Positions 39,525-51,959 are shown, counted from the whole stretch's first letter. The stretch: DNA of 62,391 bases, filler included, from Sluysia triapertura (GCA_046118255.1; 5 parts of 5 records of this genome joined end to end with filler, not necessarily neighbours in it); one strand, 5' to 3'. The notes: generated by a model from the sequence alone, not told the origin. A program made the numbers and translations.

Positions 39525-39658
39525 GTAAGTTTGTTTACTGCATTTATTATTAACATTTTATTATTATTTTAATTCTGGAATAAAACAAAAATTATTTATA
39601 GAATTAATCGAAAACTACAATGGTAAATTTTAGTTATTCAGTTTATTTTTACATGCAG

Positions 39659-40016
39659 ATACAACGAAATGAAACAATATCGACAGGGACATGATGTAAG
39701 GCAGCAACTTGCATCATGGGAGTACATGGCTTTGTCGGCTCTGTCCGGAGCGTGTGTGTTATGCTTTACAAATCCGTTTTGGGTGACAAAAACACGCTTG
39801 TTGTTACAGTACGATCAAAAAGGCCAATATGAGTATTACTCTGGAATGTTGGATTGTCTGAAAAAAATATTTCATAAAGACGGATGGAGGGGATTGTACA
39901 AAGGATTTTTGCCCGGTCTAGCAGGCACGTCTCACGGTGCAGTGCAGTTCATGTCGTATGAAACGATGAAAAACACATTGAATTTGTCGGCTCACGGCCA
40001 TATCAATGCAAAACAG
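39659..40016 (+). CDS. SLC25A32: Mitochondrial folate/FAD carrier, exon 3
   Basis: TNPFWVTKTRLLLQY (W in repeat 2, typical of folate/FAD carriers) and GLYKGFLPGLAGTSHGAVQFMSYE. Confidence 0.92.
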
Positions 40017-41479
40017 GTTAGAAATGTATCAAAAATGCTTTAAAATATAAATTAAAATTTGTATAGGTGGGAAATAGTTTAGGAACGAAAAATATGTGAA
40101 GTTAATGAAGTAATGAAATATGTATCACTTTTCCGACATTTAAATTATGAAATTCTACATCTAACGTTAGAGATAAATTTTAAATTGATACTTAAAGTTA
40201 CTAAATATAGTTTGAGTTGGAAATTGTAACTTGACTAAATAAATATGTTTAGAGATCGCACTATTCTGATTTGATTGGTCTGTGCAACTAATAAAACATT
40301 GATAACACAGCTTGTTGGACTTTATTCAACACTCTGCACATGAAACTAACATTTTTATGACCAAACTTCAGTCCAATCTTATTCAAATATTCAAAAAAGC
40401 TAATACATTCATTTTTCAGTTATAATTAATTTATCTAAAATTCACAAATCGAAAAATTGTCTAAGATCGAATCAACAACGAACATTTTCAGTCGTGCAGT
40501 TTTATTAATTGAAATAAATTAATTCTTATTAACACATTCTCTGAGGACTATGAAATTTATTCTTCAGGTATCTTCGATTATTCAATAATGATTCAGTATC
40601 TTCGCGAGTCCTTCTATACATCTTTATATAGTGCGACACATTTGATTACAAGTTTAAATAACCAAATGTAGTTAAATCATATAAAATTATAATTATCACT
40701 AAATTGTACTTTAACTAGTGAAATAAATGGCACTTTATTACGATACTGAGATATTCAACTAATTATACTGCGATATAACACGTGACTTCGTGGTGTGTAA
40801 AGAGTGATTTAAAATAAAAATAAAATAAATAAGACATACGTTTTGGACGAGGAGCTCATAATCTCAGATAAGAAAGAAATAATCCAAAATGCACTTAAAC
40901 TAAGAAGAAAATGAATAAAAACGAAAGTATGATTGTAAAAAACACTTAATTAGCGAGAAACAATGTAGCAGCACGAAATAATGCAATATTTGTAAAATAG
41001 AAAAGAAAATAAGTACTGTGACACACCAATTAATGGAAGCGAACAAAGCGGATACAAGTCAGATTATGTGATCGAAGTTATAGTGCAGAATGAATGAAGA
41101 AATTGGCTATATAATTACGAAAATTTAAATAGATTAAGACTAATTATAGAAATGATGGAGGAAGAATTATGAACTGAATTTAAAAATATTATTGACCGTA
41201 GTATGGTGCTGGTGAAAAATACAATATAAAGTGGGACTTGTAACGTAGAAAAGAGTGATTTATCCACAATTGATAATTTATACATGAGTTAGATCAGACA
41301 GATTACATTGAATGGATTATTGAAAAGGACATTTATAAATATTTGTATTTAAAATCACTAATAAAATTCACTGTTACAATTACCGTGGATCCTGCACAAA
41401 GTTACAATATTTTGAAATTTCGAATAGATTGCACTGTGATTTCGTCAAGTAAAATAAGATGAGACTAAAAGATCTAAAA

Positions 41480-41798
41480 TTTGCAAAAACATCGATTCTG
41501 TTTCTAACAAGACATTGATAACTAACAACATAGATTTTAACAATGGTTTATTGTACTCAATTTCATTTAGAAAAATGAAAAAATTACAATTAATAATTAA
41601 TCCAGCAGCAAGACTAATTCTCCAAGTTGGAAGATCTCATGTAACACCTTATCTTAAAGAATTACATTGGTTGTCAATAAAAGCAAGAATAGAATTCAAA
41701 ATCATAACAATAATTTACAAATGCTTACATTACGTAAATCCTGAATATTTTTAGAAATAATAAAAAATTGGAAACCAAGATGAATATTTCATTGAGTC

Positions 41799-41865
<67 letters not shown>

Positions 41866-42140
41866 AGAATCCACAGTGATAATAAGAGCTATGTTTCAAA
41901 AATATACAACCAGTAATACCAGAGAATGTCAAATTACTGGAAGATTATGAAATATTTAGGAAAAGACAAAGTTCTTTCTATTTCAGAAATATTATAATGA
42001 ATGATTTATTTTATGCGCTTTTGCAGTAGGTACTTTGCAGTAGATATGAGCGCAATGTAAATTAATATATTATTATTATCATTATGGTGAATGAGTACTT
42101 ACTCTGTAGTAGATATGAGCGCAAAATAAATTACTATATT
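41480..42140 (+). mobile_element. L2-clade LINE 3' fragment (longest copy), in SLC25A32 intron 3
   Basis: IDFNNGLL...KLQLIINPAARLI...SHVTPYLKELHWLSIKARIEFKIITIIYKCLH is the L2/CR1-group ORF2 C-terminus. It has an internal (AAT)n expansion and a duplicated 3' tail. Confidence 0.85.
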
Positions 42141-42401
42141 GTAATTGTTATAAAGTGGGCTTTTCACAATATATTCATCAGTAAAGTTTCAGTGCCATCA
42201 AATATAACAATTTGTATTTTGGCTGTTTTATTTATTTCGAGTGTACCGAAAATTTTAACAGGGAAACCAAAAGATAGCTGGAATCAGCCCTGAAACATAC
42301 TTTATGAATTGGAGTTTGCATCGAGCAAAACATCGATGGAATTGCAATTTGATAATTTTGTTATTTACGAATTACTCATTAACAATCATAGATTACTTCA
42401 G

Positions 42402-42550
42402 TCACCTGTGTTGTCTTTCACTCTCGGATGTCTTTCGAAAATGATCGCTTCTACTGTCACATATCCGATCCAGCTGGTTAGATCCAGAACTCAAGATCAG
42501 CACAGAATCTACATTGGTGGTCTCAAACAAATAGTCACTGAGATATTCAT
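42402..42550 (+). CDS. SLC25A32: Mitochondrial folate/FAD carrier, exon 4
   Basis: LSKMIASTVTYPIQLVRSRTQDQH. Phase-0 CAG acceptor and phase-2 GTTAGT donor. Confidence 0.88.
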
Positions 42551-43613
42551 GTTAGTGCAATATTTTATTGTTATTTTGGGAAAAATGAATTTGGGTTGTT
42601 TCGATGATTTGCTAAAAATGAATGTTGGTTTAAATTAAATATTATTAAAGTTATAAGAAAATTATTTTTATTAATTGAAAACTCTACGTCACTTAATTTA
42701 TGTACTGACATTTTTTAATATTAAAAATATTAGTTTACATTTATTTAAATTTTCTTTTAAACGACAATTACGAAAAATATCAACACAAAAAACATAAATT
42801 TTATTATCATTTACACAGATTTTATTATTAGACTTCACATTAAGGATTTGGTTATTCCAAGCATATTTCGGCAGAGTACTCTTGACGACACTAAAAAGTT
42901 TAAGCAAACAATTATGAGATATAAAAAGAACAACCATGTAATCAACGAAAAATTTCTTCTAATAACAAGTGCCGATGATTTCGCTCCACACAAACGACCC
43001 ATGATTCACAATTAAGTTTCAAACCAAATTCTTTTACATCATTCAATTCGTTCAATTCATACGGTGGACTACTACACATTGGTGAGGTAACACTTGTGAA
43101 TAGATTCATAACAAATGATAAATAAACTGGTTTAAATCGCCGAGTGGGACATAAAGTACATTTAACAGAAAGAGTTTCAGGATTCGTATAAAGATATCGA
43201 AAAGGACTATCCGTATGTATTTTATCTAAATTTTTGAATAAATACAGGTCCTATGAAGTCTTGAATTTCTGATAATAATGTGCCAGAGCAATTTAAATCT
43301 TTGTTTATAGATAAAATAATATTTATTTATAGTGCCTTATATACATAAACAACACATGACTGAATACCATTCATATCACCTTTCATGTAATTATTAACGT
43401 TTAGATAAACTTTACCAGAATTTGATTTTTTGGTATGTATTTTCTAACATTTTTATCAGTCATTATACTATCACTTGTTTCATTTGTATTAAGTGTTGGT
43501 AATAATGTGATTGGTGCACATAGATACAGTATTACAGGCTTATCTTACATACTGTCGAATATACTAAATTATAAGAAGAAAGTGAGTGTTACAACTAACC
43601 GGAAATTTTGATT

Positions 43614-44196
43614 CTAATTTTGAAACAAATTCTTGAATTTCAATGAATATGTTTTATCTAACAGCAGCATTTGAATACCAGTTGATGTGTCGGTTGCTTG
43701 ATTACCTTCTAACATGCCTAATGAAATGAAATTATCCAAGAATGTTTTTAACATTAATTTCAGATAATCTATGTTGTTATTTTTTGACATCAAAGTTGAT
43801 AGACAAAGAAATAACCAAATCATTTTTTACAGTGATATAGTATTCTACTACACAATTCATCTTTCGCTTCGTCACTTTTAAATTCATCTTTGTTTCGTGA
43901 TTCGATAAATTTCATAGCCCTAACGATCCAGATAGACCCTTCGATATTTTTTATTAACAAGCTTGTCTTTAATGTGTTAATAAATTGACAAGGTTCCTTA
44001 CTGAATTCTTTAGAAAAATTATTCATAGTTTTCGTTTTCAACATGAATTGTGGATACTGAATGATTCAAATATTACTTGTAGCACTTGCAGGACTTTTAT
44101 GCGTTTTAATTTTTACTAAATACATAGATAGTAGAATGAACATCATCTCACTATTTTCATAATCAAACAACACAATAAAATTTACGGCAAAGCCAT
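43614..44196 (-). pseudogene. Decayed antisense coding segment nested in SLC25A32 intron 4
   Basis: Two abutting ORFs (74 and 69 aa) are joined by an ATGA overlap or frameshift. An upstream ATG...GTAAAT mini-exon candidate is present. No recognisable domain. Confidence 0.3.
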
Positions 44197-44266
44197 TTTA
44201 TTTTTTAATCGATAATTTATTTCTTTATATATCTTATAAAAATTTTTATTACGTAAGAAAGATAAA

Positions 44267-44297
<31 letters not shown>

Positions 44298-44765
44298 GCA
44301 CACCAGATCCTAGATTAGGAAATAAAAACATAAATTCTTTTACTTTGTATTTACATGAACTTTCTTTCTCATGTATTTAACATATATGCGAGCTAGGATT
44401 AAAATGATATATATTGAAGTGTAAAAGGTTGTAACTTGAGTGTTTAATGTGCATTAGTGTTTTGGAAGAAGGTCATGTTTGATTGTTAAGATTTGATGAC
44501 AGAAAATCGTGAATTTGAAGATGTCTGTTAGCTGATTTCTACTGTGCTTGTGTTTGGATTATTAGGAAATGAAAATAAAATATTTTAGATGAATTTTTAA
44601 TGTGATTGAATGGTTTTACATGTAATAGTGGTTTGGGTGCTATGAGATTGTGGGTTTAATTGATTTTGACGGGTGAAAATGTTAAAAATATATGTTTTTG
44701 GTTATGTTGTGTTAAAAGGAAAATTCTGAATAAAATTTATTAAAGGCTAAAGGTTGGCCACCACA
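44298..44765 (-). mobile_element. Solo-LTR-like repeat, family B, in SLC25A32 intron 4
   Basis: Terminus ggttggccaccaca, with a core nearly matching 27640-27745. Confidence 0.65.
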
Positions 44766-45796
44766 GTTATCAATTTGAAGTTGTAGAAATAATATCCAGT
44801 AATGATAAGTTCTTTACAGTAATATCAATAATTCAACTTGCGTTCTAATTTTGGAGATGGCACTCGCAAATCAACTTTGTTCGACAATGACGTGATTCGA
44901 TGAGTTAGTAGCACTACATTTCGGTATAATAAGTCATCATAACACACAAATTGGATAGATGCGCTGAATTATCCGGTTAACCTTTTTAGTGAGTACAAAA
45001 TATCGAATTTCTTGCACACTAATGATGAAGTTCTAGGCAGAGATGATTTCGTACATTTTCAGAGTGGATCACTCATTGAATTCTCTAATTTCTGTTTTCA
45101 AAAACGTCAAGCGAATTCTAAGTGAACAAAATGTGTACATTGTCTTGTGTATTTGGCAACAGAAGTTCTCGATCATTTTAGTAAGCCTAAGATGATCACC
45201 TAACACTAAAGTAATTAACAAAATTAAGTTTCCAAAGGTTAAGTTATTGGCTGTGCGACTGTATTGCATTGGATTTTTAATAGACTCTAATTTTTAAATG
45301 AAAATATTTTCGAACAGTAATAATGTTTATTTAAACAAATTGAACTAATCTAGAAAAATGTAGTTCCGTCAAAATTCGATTATAAACAACCTTCTGAATT
45401 TAAATTCCATTGTATTTCAAGTCAAAACATAATCAGGTTAGAATCCGCGATACAATTTTAATCAGAAATATTTTTGTCGTAACATTCCTAGATTCCCTGT
45501 GTAAAGAAACTCTGAGTTCAGAAAATGTCATTGGTTTTGATTTTAACCTGCCCAAAAATGTTTTGTTAACCTCTGCCCAGTATTCTTTAGTGATAGATAG
45601 TGTTTCTGATATCGTTTATTAATTCTTGCAAATGTCGATCCACAAACCTTTATAGTAGCTGTCTCCGTCTCGGTGTACTACATGAATTGATTGACATCGC
45701 AGAGAAATGTCCTTATTTCTTGATTTATTTATGCCTGATTTATTTATGCCTCATAAATAAATAATTTTATTTTGTTAAATAATTAAATTTATTTAG

Positions 45797-45926
45797 GTAT
45801 GAAGGTATTCGAGGCTTCTACAAAGGACTGTTACCATGTTTAATCCGAGTTACTCCCGCCAGTGGAATTATTTTTGTTGTGTATGAAATGAGTATGACTA
45901 TGATGCGTCCACAACGCCACCTGTGA
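45797..45926 (+). CDS. SLC25A32: Mitochondrial folate/FAD carrier, exon 5 (terminal; not in ORF track)
   Basis: [30 protein letters not shown]...* follows a tttatttag acceptor in phase 2. Confidence 0.9.
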
Positions 45927-48900
45927 TCCGATCGAATAGTAGGACTTGTTTTATCGAATCAGAAATGTTATGATAATATATCATGTACATAGATCTTCTT
46001 ATTTCCAGTGAAATGTGCTTGCACTTCATCAAGAAATCATTTTCTGGATGTCTGTGTGCCTGAATCACATCATTTTATCGATTATTTTCAAGCCGATCCG
46101 TGATAATGATTTAAAATTCAAAACTAGTGTCATTTTGCAAAATCAGATCTTCAGAAATTGAAGGGAATAGAAACTCGAATGTAAATTCATGTGTCAAATG
46201 CAATTTTGATAAAATTTGTGCTAATCTTAATAAATAAGAATTTTACTACATTCATCGGGAAAGCAAATTAATAATGCGCAATTTTACCAACTCGTGGATT
46301 TAATAATGTAGAAATTTTTATTGATTAGTTTATTAGAAAACTTGAGGAATTAATCGAAATAAATCTGAAAATTCATTCGTTAATTATAATTAAACATTCG
46401 GAAGATTTGTTTATTAAGACAATGATCATCGTGGAAAATTAGGTTCTGAAAATGTGAATTTGATGTCAGACCAACTAAATACATTCGCAATCAATAGAGA
46501 ATCTGGGCCCTTTCATAAGATTTATAATCCATTATGAATGATACCGCTGAGCAATTGATTTTATTTAGAACTGCCTAAAATCTAATAAATATTTGAGTTT
46601 TCCATGATGTTGAAAATTCGTCTTATAAAATGAAAGTTAACTCAAAAAAATTGCCGGATTGATTATGAAAATTAAGGTATGCGTGATATTTTTTAATTTT
46701 AGTATGATTTAGGAGTGAGGTTGGATCGAAGAACAATCAAAAACGGTTCTGAATTACAATTTGATATTGTGCCATGCAGAAAAGAAATAGAATCATCAAT
46801 ATATCTCACGTGACATTGTCTCTATTTAAGAACAGCGTCTCTTTATTGACCATGCCAATAAGAAACCATATATAATTTTCATTATTGTTAGGAATGCCCA
46901 AAGGTTGAATAAGAAATGAGAAAGGAAAACGTGCATTGGAAAATGGAGGAAGAATTGATACGAAATGATAGGCAAAACGTAATATGATGAAAGAAAGTAT
47001 CTATATTCATTGTAGTAGTTGAGGAATATCTTGGAGTTGCAATGACACTTGTAAAATATTGGAACCCTTGAGGAAGCTTGAGATCGTTTTGAAATATAGT
47101 GAACCTTGAGACCATTTGCGGCCTCATTAGCCTATAAGAATCGTCGAGATATTATAAAGTATTTTTAAATATTTGAGAAATAAAGTCACTGTACTAATAA
47201 TAAGAATAAATTTGATACATTGATAATTAACGTAAAATAGAAAATGGAATCAGAGTGATGAAAATGAAAGTATTTAGAACTAGCCAGCTGCATTACGAAA
47301 TGCTAAACAGCTTTAGAACTTCAGTAAAACCTGTAAGTATAAAATGACATTAAATCTAAAAATAAATTAATTGACTAAAATCTTAAGAAACAAGTACGTT
47401 TTGGAATAACTTTTGAATGAAGAATGCTACGTCAAAATTGTGACTGTAAGTGTTTATTTGATAAGATCTTTCGTTATGGTTTGAATAAGTTCGTGTAAGT
47501 AAAGAAAAATTAAAATAATTCTCAATTCTAAAATATTAAAATTTCATAATTGAAATGTTGAAAGCATAATGAATCGAATGTTAGATGATTGCCATGAAAG
47601 AAGGAAGTCTAAAATTAATTTGAAATGTTTACAAAATAATCTGAGAGCAAGAACCCCATACATTTTCCACTGGAAAATTAAGTGTGAAAAAATGAAATTC
47701 TAAAAACTACAGTTAAATTCGTTATTTTTGTTCTCCCTTTATTTTTATTTGATAATATCAAATTATAATTCAGTAACTGAACTAATACGAAATCTCCATA
47801 TATTTTCAATTTTCACATTTAATTAATAATTACTCTTACAATAATGTACCTCTTCTAAAAATGATTAATTAACTTTTCATTATACATTTCTTTGTTTCAA
47901 TAAGCAGATCATACTTAAAAATAACATTTTATACCACTCATGCAATCATCAATGTGTGATGTGTGATGCTATTTTCGATGTGATTTTCTCTAATTTTAAT
48001 AACTTCTAATGTGTGAAAATCATTTTTCTAATACGTAGCAGTCAATACTACTTTTCCGTTAAATAAATATGAGATTCGGAATCGCTGAATTCAGAAGAAT
48101 ACATATTTATAGTTTATTCTATTATAATATGATACATAATTCTTCGTTAGCACTTTAAAAATTAATTAAAATAATAATTTTTTGCGTTATCTTCGTTAAC
48201 TTTTCTATTAATTATATATTATAACACCTTTTATTCTGCAATAATACCACTTCAATTCAAAGTTATTTCTAATCATATTATAATTAAGTTAATTAACAAA
48301 TGTATCTTAAAAGTATAGCATAACCTTTTTACATTGCTATCCAAAAATATTATACATAAACGATAATGTCTCACTACCATCTTTGTCTGTTAATCATCTT
48401 TATTACAATTATTGTCATTATTATTAATAATATCAATAATTTACATAATTACTATTATTGTTGGGATTGCCAAACTGTGGAAACGATGAATGGAAAACAT
48501 GAAAATAAATTTATTTTTTGGAAAATAAAATTTCTTTTTTAGAAAATTAATATTTTAAAGGTTTTCATAGACATGAATAATTTTAATGCGTTTTGTGCGA
48601 TTTTAAATATTGACAATTATCAGAATCTTTACAAGTCATAATGAAATAGTTTACTAGAAATTTTATCCTTGAATTTTTAAGCATAAGATGAGTAAAGTGT
48701 GGAGGGCGACACCAATTTGCACTCTTTGATTTTATTTTTGTTCTTGTTTTTAATTTTATAAATATTAAACCTTAAAACAACAGTTTTTACTTTACAAAAA
48801 CAATTACACAACTTGAATTTAAATTTAAACAAGAAGGGCTTAAGGCCCGAAATGATTACTAATAAACAATAAATTACAACGCTTAAACAATTCACAAGGT

Positions 48901-49872
48901 TTATTAATATAATAACATTTAATATAAGGTATATTAGAGATAGTTTTTCAAATAAGAATAAAATAAACAATAAACGAATAAAATTTTCAACATATAACAC
49001 ATCATGCATACCTTGGACAACATAGTCTATGGCTTCTTCTTTTTCTCCTTTTTCTCCATCGTCCAGACTTCCATCGAAAGAATCACCAGCCATGGTTAAA
49101 ACGATGTCGTNNNNNNNNNNNNNNNNNNNNNNNNNNNNNNNNNNNNNNNNNNNNTTAATTAATTAANNNNNNNNNNNNNNNNNNNNNNNNNNNNNNNNNN
49201 NNNNNNNNNNACTAAAATAAGGATAAGATTACGTGGTTAGTAGAGAGCTAGGATTCATTTTATTTTTATTATTTTATATTTTATTTGTGGTAACAGCATT
49301 TATGTTGTGTAACCCCTGTGATTTTTAAAAAATTAGACAATAATTTATTAAAGAATTTGATTTAAAGAATTAAAAAGTTTGATATAAAGAAGTTGATTTG
49401 TAGAATTATATTTGTTATATAGAGATTTGATTTGTATAACTGTTATATAAAAATATATCGAGATTAAGTTTTATTTGATTTTTAGTTATTAAAGAGGGAT
49501 ATTAATAAACGAAGAAACACAACACCTTATTCAACTTTGTTATACTTTGGGTATAACAAAGCTTACTATAAATTAAAGATATAAAGTACTAATAGTTTTC
49601 GTTGCAATTGTTATAATATAAAATTATAACTCAAAGATCGTAACAAGAACTTATTAATAAATAATATAAGCATTCAAGATATGTTTAACATAAAATTGAC
49701 AAAACTGTTATATTGTTTATTAAATCCGAAAAAATTATTATGAACTCTCATCATGGCGTAATATATTTTAAGCTTTGTTATTGTATTAAATATGTAAATT
49801 TATAATGAACAATTAATTTGTCATTTCATTGTATTCTATTTAAGTCGTAATTATTAAATTCAACTTATCCAA

Positions 49873-50179
49873 ATTGGAAGATCACATGTAACATCTTATC
49901 TTAAAGAATTACATTGGTTGCCAATATAAGCAAGAATATAATTTAAAATAATGACAATAATTTACAAATGCTTATATTACGGAAGTCCTCAATATCTTTT
50001 AGAAATAATATGAAAATTAGAAACCAAGATGAGTATTTCATAGACGTAATAATAATATATACAGAATCCAAGTGATAACAAGCTAGGTGATAGGTTGCAT
50101 ACTGTTTATGTCTCAAATTGCTGAAAGATTATGAAATATTTAAGAAACGGCAAAGTTCTTTCTGTTTCAGAAATATTAT
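49873..50179 (+). mobile_element. L2-clade LINE 3' fragment
   Basis: attggaagatcacatgtaacatcttatcttaaagaattacattggttgccaatataagcaaga (GRSHVTSYLKELHWLPI*AR). Confidence 0.8.
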
Positions 50180-51381
50180 CAGAGTACACTTCTGATATCA
50201 TAGCGATTACTAATATAAGCTTAGTCTCATTATTCTTAAAAATTTTAATTATCAGTCCTTGCAGATAATTTCTTTTAAATCTATATATTTCATTTAAGAA
50301 GTATACTTCAATTTTAAACTTTATAGAATTAATACGATATTTATTGGAATTAAAAAATTTAATATGAATTAGAAACAAAACGATTTTATTAATTATGACT
50401 AAAACTCTAAATCTTAACATTAACCTTATAACATTTCTCCAATTATGATTCAAGAAGTTTTCTACGTTCCATTGCAATTCACAGACACAAATTCTGAAGT
50501 TAAAATCTAAAATATTGATAAAATTAAATCTAATGACAGGATGAATATAATAATACACCTGCCTCTCAGCAATTTTCTTTAAAAAACACACTGTGAAAGA
50601 AACTATTGAGTTTGTGACATAGAATGAACAACACGGACATAATTTGTTAAACGTACGATTTTTTTCCTTCGACATAAGAATATTTCTTCCAACAGTTCCA
50701 CATAGATTGATCATCGCTAAAATTTTCTTGGGAATCATTCTAGGACTGGTGTTGATGTAAGCATCGAACAGTAAAAACAGCAATGTAAATTCGTTTCGTA
50801 AACTTTGAAATAAAGGTTTCGTGATTTCATAATACTTCTGTAGTCGTAACGTAAATAATTCATCTTTTATATAACACAAAATAATACTACATATCTTGAA
50901 CAAAAGATTCTTTTCACCAGTGTATGTTACCAGATGACTTAATGAACGTTCATGATATTTGTTTAAGTATCGATTAATATCATATGAGATTCTATCGAGC
51001 TCGAGAGAAAAATTGGAATAATTTAATAGGAAAATTGTATGTCTAGTATTAAAATTAATAGAATTTAATTTCATATTAATCGCGAGATCGATGTGTAACA
51101 ATAAATTCATGTATGATAAGAAGTACTCAGTGATTAGGTCAGTTGTATTCATCGTATACTTGAATAACTTTAAATCATCTAAAGGTTTGGCCATGGTTCC
51201 AAAAAACGATCCGTTCTTTGTTGGGATTGTCTATTTGATGATACATCTCCTTTAATTTCCGAGATTGTATTTTGCTAGAAGATGGCATTATTGTCGACAA
51301 ATTATACCACATAGTATTTTCCTTTTGTTTCGCCACTAAAGTTCTTTGATATTTTTCATACATATGCATTTGATGAAGCAT
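50106..51381 (-). CDS. Orphan protein: 362-aa ORF plus a 68-aa upstream ORF joined by a 1-nt frameshift in a T6 run
   Basis: 1089-nt open frame in AT-rich DNA. Deleting one T from gttttttggaaccatg fuses the two ORFs. The last 24 or so codons and the stop come from the antisense L2 copy. No recognisable domain. Confidence 0.55.
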
Positions 51382-51477
51382 TATTTTACAAATTTTTGTA
51401 TCGAAATTTATGATTATGTACTTTTAACAACTAATAATTTCTAAAATTAGCAAACTTAATGATATAAAAAGATTTTT

Positions 51478-51670
51478 ATTGGATGATTTATGCATCCAAT
51501 GGTCATACAAGCAAATAAAAACAAAATACGCAGAGGTTACAATTTTAAAAATGTTAACAAGTTTGTCATGATTGGGTGACTGTTTATGAACTTGACTTGT
51601 GATGACCAACCATCATCAGTATTGGCACTCTAATGACATTGCTAAACAGTAGTGTCAATACTGATGACGG
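51478..51670 (-). promoter_or_regulatory. Bipartite palindromic upstream module, copy 4
   Basis: attggatg / catccaat plus a gattgggtgact half-site, then tgtgatgac, then ccatcatcagtattggcact / agtgtcaatactgatgacgg inverted repeat (18/20). Confidence 0.6.
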
Positions 51671-51959
51671 CAGCAACAGTTTTGATGTGAATAATCAAAT
51701 TTGTTAAAAATAATTTTAGTGATCGATAACGATAATAATAGTAACAATAATAATATTGTTATTATTATTATTATTGTTATAAAATAAAAATCGCATAAAT
51801 CTTTCTTTTAAATGTATATACATGATCTTGTCATTAATATTCTTATATTTCTTACATAAAAATGAATAAGTAAAAGCACTTGGAATTCTGTGAAGGAACA
51901 ACGGTAACGTGGTATACTATACTTCAGTTATTGTTGTTGTTTAATCATAAAGAAAATGC

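Noticed and set aside
48677-49093. 138-aa ORF next to a gap
   Set aside because: Low-complexity composition, no motif and located in repeat-like sequence at a contig end.
590-51609. Alternative genetic code (TAA/TAG read as Gln), suggested by in-frame stops in orphan frames and by all three clear genes ending in TGA
   Set aside because: The Gln-rich tincar exon (over 500 codons), Cdc25-like gene and SLC25A32 contain no internal TAA or TAG, and the broken frames also have TGA stops and frameshifts.
51424-51609. 61-aa ORF in frame with the 51175-51381 ORF (possible readthrough)
   Set aside because: It overlaps the palindromic upstream module, so it is more simply explained as a chance ORF.
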